A stretch of DNA of 64,000 nucleotides from Balanoglossus misakiensis. Its lineage: Eukaryota > Animalia > Hemichordata. Under the pieces are notes generated by a model. The model was given only the letters and a program-made list of their open reading frames with translations, did no database searches and was not told the origin of the DNA. The stretch is taken from contig CM082591.2 in the NCBI GenBank assembly GCA_040954595.2, forward strand, positions 2,331,745-2,395,744. Reading direction: 5' to 3'. A program made the position numbers and the translations under genes. Below, one piece after another: positions 1 to 9,606 of the stretch; the stretch's first letter is position 1, and each line of letters begins with the position of its first letter.

Positions 1-1837
1 CTCGTCTTCCATAGGTACTTCCATTTCTCCCCCGAGCGACCCTGAGCTTGTAACTCTCTGTATAGCCCCTGCACCAGGTCTACTATCACTACTTTCGGTA
101 CTGGTCACATTTCCTGGTGCTTCCGTATCCAACGGCTTTTCCGCCACATCCCGACTGGGCTCGGACGATCCCGGCAATTTGTCCCCCTTCACGAATTTCT
201 GCATCTGCATTTTAAACTTCGCTCGGCGTTTCTGGAGCTGGGTTAGCTGGCTCTCTGCAAGGCCAGAATCCTTGCTTGTTTGACTGTCCCGACTGCTGTC
301 GTCTTGGCTTTGAGGAAAGGGCTTACTCGGGCCAAACACGGGCAGTGTGTCCGGTTCATCAGTCAGTTTTGTTTTCCCGAACACGGGGAGTTCAATACCG
401 TCATCCTCGGATGGTAGCCCTCTTTCAATTGGCTCGTCCTTCACTTGTGGAAACATTGGTATCATTTGTGGGCCAATCACTGCTTTGCTGTCATCTTCCG
501 TACTGGTTACTGCTAAGGCCTGCCCGCTGTTGCTATCACAACTAGAATCATAAACCAGAAAGAAATCAACTTTAAAATCATCAAATGAATTATTATTTTT
601 AGTGTGAATGAGTTTTTTCGCTTGTAGGAATGACACGGTTATAACAACAGACATACCTTGATTCACTATTATACTCTGCAGACAGAATAGGTCCTGACAC
701 AGGTAACTGTGGTCCGTACATCTGATCATCATTGCTTTCTTCTTTCACTGGCTCTGCTACTGTTGGTGCAGACTGTTTCACTGACTGAGGTACTTCCCAG
801 GACACTTCATTGGTGACAGTATTCCAGTAATACGTGCAGTTAGTGTTGCTATCATACACTTCTTGCCATTCACTGCTTCCTGAGAACAGAAATTCAAAAC
901 TTTATTTTGAAGTAAGATCTACGAACCACCAGAAATGTGTACTGAAGGTTACTTGTGGTCAAGAAAACCATGATTACTGAGAGCTACAGTACATCCAAAT
1001 GTACTACCTGAAACAACATCAGTGGAATCTTGAGTTGTGGAATCTGCTGTACTTTCCGGGACCATCTTCTGTTCACTATCATCAGCTGCTTTGTCTTCAT
1101 CCTGTGGTGCTAGTGCATCAATCTCCTGCAGACGAAATCAAATTCGGATATATCATAAGTGGGAAAAAACTCACGGAGTATCCTATAGAAAAGTTCAAAA
1201 CCTTACAAATACAGTAAACTGTCCTTACAGCTAAAAAATCAGCAACTTTGGAGTCCAAGTCGCCACTTTTTCTTCTATCAGGCAGGGCAGATGATGTTGA
1301 TATGCCGGCTTCTCTATCTGCATCACTGTTATCATCCTCTTCATCACTATCTGCATATGCGCCTAGAAGTCCTATACCTGAAATGAAACACAAGTCTGGA
1401 ATCAATCCCTTTCTCCATATTTGTACACTGCACCAAAGTGTCAAATCTGATGAGGCAAATGTATAAAACACTGGCTTAGCTAAGAAACCATCTGAAAGAG
1501 AAACTTGATTGTAACATACCAGTTGTTGGTTTTCTTCCGGGTTGCTTCACAGCCCAGGGCTGGCCATGTTCAACTCTACTGGAACTGTGTGGGGAGTTGT
1601 CACCTAGTGATGATGAAAAAGTAGACAACACATTCATCATTATGGCATTCTGTATTTAAAAGATCGAAATTGATGGAAAAGCAATCACAGACGCAGAAAT
1701 ATTCAGCTCAGATATCTGTATAAATATTAAATCTTACCAGCAGCATCCTTTTCTTTGCTAAGACTTGTACTTCCAATCTGAAGCACGGTTCGCCTCTTTC
1801 CAGCCAAAGCAAGACCTTTGTCTCGACGTCTTCCCAT
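1..1837 (-). CDS. FNBP4: Formin-binding protein 4 (WW-domain protein), 5' part; gene continues beyond the left edge
   Basis: Exons (minus): 1837-1738, 1603-1520, 1377-1229, 1125-1008, 879-657, 541-<1, all with GT-AG junctions and consistent phases. Translation gives MGRRRDKG...RRTVLQ, GLLGAYADSDEEDD, DLDSKVADFLAEI and the WW domain WQEVYDSNTNCTYYWNTVTNEVSWEVP, matching my recollection of the vertebrate FNBP4 N-terminus (LLGAYADSDDDD...DIDSTLANFLAEI). Confidence 0.88.
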
Positions 1838-2229
1838 CGTTGTTTGTTGATGTTCCGCGGACGCGGAGGAGAATTTTGCTGGTACGTGCGTACCGTGATC
1901 GAAATGCAATTACACTAACGAAATTCTATGAGATTCATTCTTCTATAATATAAAATGTCCTCGAATAGGCAGGAAGTGTTAGTTTCAAAAATCAGAAGAC
2001 ATTGCAGAAATCTGACATGTAAGATGACAAGACAGGTCAACTGTGTTCTATGGATTCTATGGATGGTCTCGCTTTTCCTGTTCACATCGAGGACGTAGAA
2101 TACACTTTCTTGTGATTTAATCAGGCTACTGTGTCATTCAAACGAAAATCATGGAAAATTTCTTCTCAAAAACTAATACAGACCAGGAACTCGAGCTCTT
2201 TACGCGTCGACCCTACAAGCAACTAGGAC

Positions 2230-2305
2230 TAACAGCCATCTTTGTTCGCAATGCATTGTGGGCTGGCTGCCTTTCTTGCAATGTTAACGTTATTGTGATT
2301 GGTCA
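2230..2305. promoter_or_regulatory. Bidirectional promoter core between FNBP4 and RIC8
   Basis: Start codons diverge 770 bp apart (1837 and 2609). YY1-like GCCATCTT at 2235-2242, ZNF143/Staf-like ATGCATTGTGGG (reverse CCCACAATGCAT) at 2251-2262, CCAAT box (ATTGG) at 2298-2302. Confidence 0.55.
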
Positions 2306-2608
2306 ATTTGGGTAGAGTGTCGAATAATCATCAAATCAACGAAGTCGATGTAATAAAGTCATGTATATTTGCTAAATTTAATCACTTGTATATAAACCTA
2401 TTTTTGTGTACCTGGTTGTGTTGTTCTGCAGTCAAATTTCGTGAAATATACTGTGAATTGCGTTTACTTTAACAACGAGACGAGGCTGAGCTATCAGTCT
2501 CCAAAGACCATCACCAAGGGAACGGTTTCCTTGTACTCCATCAGTTCAGCAGCTCAAAGCGTTCAGTTTCACTGTGTCACTGTATGTACAGGTCATCTCT
2601 TATTCATC

Positions 2609-5600
2609 ATGGAGGCACTTGTCCGTTCAATGTTATCTGTCATGCAAACAGGCAATGAAGAAGATATCAGTGCAAAGTTTCAAGAGTTTAACAAGGAGGT
2701 AAAGAAACGTTGTCACCACATATTTATTGCCAGGATACTGTCAAAACATGATGGTGATGATGATGATGACGATGATGATGATGATGATGATGATCAGTGA
2801 ACTTGTGGTAATGATGATGATGCATCATCTTCATCATCATCACCACCACCACCATCATCATCATCTCAAGGATTTTTAATACTGCATGATTTCAATTCTA
2901 TCTATCAATGATGTTGACATGTCTGTCTTTCAGAATGCAGGCACATTCTCATTTGACTTCGATGAAGATCTGAAGAAGGTAATCAGTGATACTGTTTCTT
3001 TTACAAATTTTTAAATATTATTTACATTATGATTACAAAGTGAAAAGAATCTTTTGTACCCACAGTGCTGCTCTTCCCATTTTTTGAGCAGTGGTATTTC
3101 CATTAAATTAATCTGACCAGACATTCCGGTTTTGATTTTCACCCAACAGTCTCTGATCCAAGGAATACTGGACAGCCTTGCTCTGCCTCGGAGCAGCGAG
3201 TGCCACGCCCAGTGTCTTGAGACACTCCGCATCCTCAGTCGGGATAAATTCAAGTTGTATCAAATGACGCAGAGGGAGGGAGTGGATATCTTGCTCAAAC
3301 ATGCCGGTTTGGATTTGGATGCTGTGCCTGAGATTGAAGATAAAGGTGAGATCTGTTGTCATGGCAACAGTGAGTTTTATTACTGACTGTTTTGCTTGTC
3401 ATGATTTCTTGTGACCTCTCTCTAACCTTTCATATATTGTTGTTTGTTTACAGTGAAAATCGAGGCTCAGAAGTGTTTGTGTAATTTAGTCTACAACAGC
3501 GCACAAGTACAGAAACTCTGCAGGTTAGTTTTTATCTGATATAATCCTAGTAATTTTGTTATCTGCTTTGATTGGGTTTTATTTGTAGGTTGGTAGGCCA
3601 CCATAAATATAATCTTTGCCAGTGTGTTTACAGATGAGATGTATCTTTCATGTATCTTGTAGTAATGGTACGTGTGTTGATGCAGTGCTTGCAAGACTGA
3701 AAGCTGATAGAGAGACTGAAATCAACCCACAAATAAAGGTAAATGCTCACAAGAAAATAAGAATGCATAGAAACCATAGAAAGCATCCTTGGTTTGATAA
3801 ATTTAAGGTATACAATCACTTTCTAATTTGTAGGTGACTGTTTTATATTTTCTCCTTTCAGTTCTTCGACATGAGATTGCTATTCCTGCTGACAGCACTT
3901 TGTCCCGAGACGAGGTAAGATCTCAAGAATGAAATTCATTTTTCATCTTGTGAATTATCATCAATTGAACAGAACACATCCTTTTACAGTGAGTATTGAG
4001 AAAGGTGCAGTCTGGTTCATGACTGTATCATTTCTTTTTTCTCAGAAATCAGTTCAAGCAGAATCTGTCGTCTCTACGCTTGTTGGTGGACGCACTCGAC
4101 GCCACCCTGAAGTGCGGTCGAGTTGCCACGGACAACATCACGGAAACAGAAAGTGAAACTGTCTACATACCCATCACCGATAGCAACACAGACTTGGCAA
4201 TGGAAATCCTGAAGACAATGTTCAATGTCACCATGACCGCAAAGAGAGGACATTTAGATCAGGTAATTGAAGTTTTGCTTAGGTGATTTACCTTTCGTTG
4301 TATCTAAGTGACATCAGCTCAGGCATCATGTCATGAAGAATAACTCATTGTATTAGATATGACAAATACTTGTATGTTCAATTATAACACCATAGGAAGA
4401 AGAGGCATTGTATATTGACCTGGGGGGAACTATTCGGACATTGTTACTGTGTAAGACATCCTCAGAAGATAAAAACGAAACACTCAACAGGTAAAGTCAT
4501 TTACAGACATTTTTACGCATTTCACATTCCTTGCTCTGTCGAAAAGACAGTAGTGTTTAATACAGAACCAATACAAGCTACGATGATCTGATATTTCTGG
4601 TGAGAAACATGACTTGGTGTGTTGTCCTTTTCAATCTTTGATGCATTGATTTTAATACTTTGACTGACTATGATCTTCTTCTGATGAAAAATCTTTGCAG
4701 TCACACAGTGAACCTCCTGACAAACATGCCTCCCTGTACCGCGTTGGAGTTGACACCGAAATGTCCTGAAGAGGGCGCTGTCGGAGGGAAAGACATCCAC
4801 GAGACACGAGACGGACATTACATTGATGCGGCTGTTGTGCTGAAAGAATTTCTTGGCAAGAGAGTTGAAAAAGTAAGTTTGTTTTGTTGAAATATATCAA
4901 ACAGAAGGGTTCAGTTGTAATGTTTGTAACGAGTGATGTTGGAACTTGGGTTGGGGTAACAGTTGAAAATCTCAATATACATCAACAAGGTTGTTTAGCA
5001 TTTTCATAGAATGTTGTTAACCAAGCCTAACTCTTGTTTGTGTTGTTTATATACAGGGTGGCAAAGGTGGTTATTTGGTCGAAAGTCTATCACCAGTGTT
5101 GAGCGCGTTACATTCAGTGTGCAAATCCAACGGGATTATCAGGAGGTACTTAAGATCTGATGTAGGTATCCCAATTCTGTGTATACAAAAAAAAAAGATT
5201 GAATATGAAATGCATTCACGTTAGCCTTGTCAGAGGATGGAAGCGTCTGGTGTCAGACATAGTGTTCAAGGTTTTCCAGCCAATTGAGACAATATTGTGA
5301 TTATCACCCACAGATTTTACCGCCTCTCAGAGATGCATCCAAGTTGCCTGAAGAAGGAGAGACGATCAGAAATAAGTAAGTCATGAATTTGAGGAATGAT
5401 CCAGGGGACAAGTGTTACAGTCTTGTTATTTTTATTTCATTTGAGAAGCTCTGTATATGCGCCTGATTACCAGTTGTATGAAGTCTATACCATGGAGACA
5501 TGTATTGGTTATTTTGGCACTTGATCTCATATTCTGATTTCCAACCCCCTGCAGACTTGTGCGAATGATGACAAACCCTTCAACAGAGATCAAAGACTTA

Positions 5601-6631
5601 GTGGCTGATTTTCTGTTTGTGCTGTGTAAAGAAAAAGGTGAGTTTGTTTTTGGTGGATGTAGCATGTCTGATGTTAGGTCGCATCTTGTCCTGTGGTTGG
5701 AATATACATGTGCTACCTTGGCTCCCATAAACATCATGTGCTTGTGTTATATTTCAGTGGATCGATTGATAAAGTACACAGGCTATGGCAATGCGGCCGG
5801 GTTGTTGTGTCAGAGAGGTCTAATGGGTGGCGGGAGAGGTGATGGTGTGTACACCAGTTCTGATGACAGTGACACAGAAGAGTATATGGAAGTAAGGGAC
5901 AAGTAAGTGTCATTCACAATATAGCATTCATATGTAAATAGCATGTATGTATGTGTGTATTTATGTATGTGTGTGTATATATATGTATGTGTATGTATGA
6001 AATATGTAGTTTGACTGTATGTGTATGTATGTATGTATGTATGTATGTATGTATGTATGTATGTATGTATGTATGTATAAATGAGTGAATGAATGAATGA
6101 ATGTATAAATGAATGAATGAATGAATGAATGAATGGCAACAACAGCCCATCTTGTTACTTTTGAAGTATCTTATTCAATGGCCATGTTCACAATGTTTTG
6201 CAGAATAAACCCAATCACTGGACGCGTGGAGGATGAGAAGGTGAATCCAACAGAAGGCTGGACGGAGGAAAAGAAGGAATTCCATGCCAACCAGCTGGCG
6301 AATATGTTTGATAAATTGTCAAGGCAAGTGACTTACTGGTCTATATAAAAAGTAATCTCCTTGTATGTTGGAGATGTCCTGTGAGATAGATAGAATGACT
6401 CAGTGTTAGCCTTACTGATGCACCACCCACACACACACATGATCCAATTGGATCAACAGTATCTGTCCTAATGTATCTTAGTTTCTGTTCTGTTCATTTG
6501 CATTGTCTTACAGAGAGGGTATTATAAAACCCATGACAGTGGGACCGGACGGCAGACCCATTCCTATAGAAGAAGCTGTGAACCGGATTGAAATTCCATC
6601 GGATAATTCCGGCAGTGAACCGGATGACTAG
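2609..6631 (+). CDS. RIC8: Synembryn / Ric-8 G-alpha guanine nucleotide exchange factor and chaperone (about 548 aa)
   Basis: Exons: 2609-2698, 2934-2978, 3150-3345, 3454-3523, 3663-3738, 3862-3914, 4046-4262, 4396-4490, 4701-4872, 5057-5161, 5314-5375, 5555-5637, 5758-5902, 6204-6323, 6514-6631 (sum 1647 nt, divisible by 3). Ric-8 motifs: [103 protein letters not shown]. Confidence 0.95.
2748..2864. repeat. (GAT)n followed by (CAT/CAC)n trinucleotide microsatellite in a RIC8 intron
   Basis: Visible directly: GAT tracts at 2748-2794 and 2811-2822, then a CAT/CAC tract at 2823-2864. Confidence 0.9.
5941..6134. repeat. Compound (TATG)n/(GAAT)n tetranucleotide microsatellite in a RIC8 intron
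   Basis: Visible directly; it produces the spurious IHTY/IHSF ORFs in the ORF track. Confidence 0.95.
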
Positions 6632-6833
6632 GACTCCACTGACAAGGATCCTGGATGGCTAGAAATATTTCAGGTCAGGGATACATTCCACCAGTGACCG
6701 TGGTGACTGGGAATCACCCCGGCATTGAACCTGTTGTCTCGGAATTATTCCAGCAGTGACCCTATTGAGTAGGAATTATTCTGGTAGTAACCATGTGAAC
6801 CAGCAATATTTCTGGCGGTAATCTTGGTGACCA
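6601..6833 (+). repeat. Degenerate 30-31 bp tandem repeat starting in the last RIC8 codons and continuing into the 3' UTR
   Basis: Units such as ggataattccggcagtgaaccggatgacta, ggaattattccagcagtgaccctattgagta, ggaattattctggtagtaaccatgtgaacca and gcaatatttctggcggtaatcttggtgacca. Confidence 0.6.
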
Positions 6834-7373
6834 GCAGTTGCACCATCCGTCATCAGGATAGTGAAAAATAATCGGGATTATGACCTGAAGCACTAGTGAT
6901 TCCGTTTGGAATTTCGGACACTGACAGTGACCTGGAGTGATTCTGGCATTGGCGCAGATGGAATAGAAATAATTCCACCAAATCTTTCCTGACAGTGACC
7001 CCTATACTGCACATCATGTGATAAATACTTAACATACAGTGACTGTCAGATACAGTAACGATCAAACTACTGACAGTTAATTGTTTTTCTTTACTGTGAA
7101 AAGTCAATATATTTATTGCATAGTGGAAGATATTCCATAAAGATTGTTGTATTTATGTACAAGAAAGCAACACAATGTAAACTCATTTTTTCAGTGCAAA
7201 AAGACAATATTTATTTACAGCCACAGTGGTATTACATCGTACACCAAACTTTCATTAGCTTTAGAGAAACCACAGGGAACGTTGTTTTAACTCAATCCAC
7301 TGTTACTGTAGTTCCAGTTTACCTAAATATATTGAGACTTTGATGTATGAATGTACTACCAGTGCCACTTTTA

Positions 7374-7797
7374 CAGCCGAAATTATGAAAGGTCGCCGAT
7401 TCAATATGTGATCTAGACGTCCTGTGTGCACTGAACACACGATGTGTTTATCTAACACAAACAACAGAACCTCTCATAAAAGAGATGCGGTATCATTAGA
7501 CTAATTACAGATGGTAGTCTGGAAACACGCTCCCCCTCAGAGAGAGTTGTTTACTTGGGTACACTCTCAACATAAAGCGTATACACTTTGAGATTAAACT
7601 TTGACATCGTACCCAAGTAAACAACTCTCTCTGAGGGGGAGCGTGTTTCCAGACTACCATCTGTAATTAGTCTAATGATACCGCATCTCTTTTATGAGAG
7701 GTTCTGTTGTTTGTGTTAGATAAACACATCGTGTGTTCAGTGCACACAGGACGTCTAGATCACATATTGAATCGGCGACCTTTCATAATTTCGGCTG
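7374..7797. mobile_element. Foldback MITE (Tc1/mariner-like, TA target-site duplication)
   Basis: Arms 7374-7562 and 7609-7797 are reverse complements (CAGCCGAAATTATG...CATAATTTCGGCTG) with a 46 bp spacer, flanked by TA at 7372-7373 and 7798-7799. No coding capacity. Confidence 0.85.
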
Positions 7798-7886
7798 TAT
7801 GTGTACTTTAATCTTTGCTGGCGGAGTACATCAATTGGCTGTTCTGTTATACAGTGCCCCATTTGTATGTGTTCCTGTATGATCCT

Positions 7887-7892
7887 AATAAA
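7887..7892 (+). terminator. Probable RIC8 polyadenylation signal AATAAA
   Basis: First canonical AATAAA I found on the plus strand after the RIC8 stop codon. Confidence 0.45.
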
Positions 7893-8337
7893 ATTGAACT
7901 CAGAAAGATTACTGTGGTTATAAATGATTCAAATTTCTAAGGAGAGTCGCTAGAAAATTATTCCATGGTTATTTTCTGTCAAATTATACATGGACATTGT
8001 GCCAAGAATAACACATCTACATGGTCATTTGGTTGAAGACCAAAATTGGTCTCAAAATGATCATCAGACGTGTCATAATATGAATCTAAGATCCACCCGT
8101 CGAAGAGCCAATAAATTCTTTGTATTCTTTCAAGGAAACGTCAACATTGATTGTCCCTATGAGAATTTTAGCCTTGCAAAAAAACAATGCACATGAATTT
8201 TGATTGCATTTTTATATTCCCTGTGTCATTGAAAAGGAGGAAATCAATATGGCTCTTTATGAAACAAACTACAGTGACATTGAAAAAGGAGATGGCGAGA
8301 AACCAGAGACAATACCATTGCTTTAGAAACATTCAAG

Positions 8338-8343
8338 TTTATT
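8338..8343 (-). terminator. Probable SIRT3 polyadenylation signal
   Basis: TTTATT on plus (AATAAA on minus), about 1.27 kb downstream of the SIRT3 stop. Confidence 0.4.
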
Positions 8344-9606
8344 GTCATACCATTTCAGAAATCATTGTCAGTGGTCACAACATTACAGCCCAAAAGACCA
8401 CATGCAACAAAATGCTTAAATCATAGAAAAAGTTTCAGAAATAAATTCTCATTTTCATTGCAATCAAAAAATACATCACTGTTTACTTCGAACTGACAAA
8501 AGTCTAAAATGCTATCAATGCAGTTATTGTACATCAGTACATGAGAATTATTGATATATTGTCATATTACGAATGTAGACATATTTCAGACATAGTCATT
8601 CCATAGAAAAGTGACAATGCTTCTAAGTCCACCGGTAATTACTATGTCTACATAACTGTCTAGTTTCTCCATTGTTTGTTGAAGGTCACTCAGGAGGCGA
8701 AATGAGGCATCTTGTATTGTCTCATTCACTGAGTGACTGTCTCTCTCTCTCTCTCTCTGAATGACAAATTTAACGTTTCACAACTTTAATTCAAGGCTGA
8801 TTATCTGTCACATTGATTTCTGAGAGTTCAGAGGTCAACTGTACCAAGCTTCCAATGCTGTTGCGTTTGCCACACATTGCTCAAAGCTCAGCTGTCATCA
8901 CATTATAACATTTCTGTGAAATCTACATTATGAACAAAATAAGACAAATCATATGAAAGCTATGGACTTAACCAAACTAATTTTGGCAGTGGCATTCAAA
9001 ATCAACAAAATACTACAATATACTAAATTAAATTAAATTAAACTGTGCGCTTACACTATCAATTGCCACAAAGTCTATGCCATCAGTAGTTTCGTGCTGA
9101 TGACAGCATAACAAATCAAATTTAATGCTGACAAAAATTAAACTTTCTTCAAATTTTTACCATCTCTTAACATGTCTCTGTGCACCAATGTCATCTCTCA
9201 ATAAATGATGTCATCTATTTACACAGAATAGACACAACAGCAGAGATGCAACTCATGATGATTATGTACAATGCTCTAATGAAATATCAGCCTAACGTAA
9301 GTTTCACAAAAAAAGAAAGAATATTTACATAGCTGACAATAAATTACGCGCTTATGAAAATGGCTACATCTGTCACCATTCTAGGTTCATCAAAATCTAC
9401 CTGATGCATGGCATCAATGTCTAGTTGCAAGTATTTGCATGCATGCAGCTGGGCTTCAATCACGAAGCTTGCATAACACTTTTTTTTGCACTACAAGTAA
9501 CATATCATCAAACATGGCTCATGCTATCACCCCCACAACGTGGTTCAACCCTAGTGTTCTCGATAGATCAGACTGAACCATGCATATAATTAGGGGTGTG
9601 CAAGGA

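Noticed and set aside
5810-6150. ORFs with IHSF/IHTY repeats
   Set aside because: Translations of tetranucleotide microsatellites.
6601-6833. CRISPR-like interpretation of the 31 bp periodic repeat
   Set aside because: Eukaryotic context, degenerate contiguous units with no spacers, and no cas genes.
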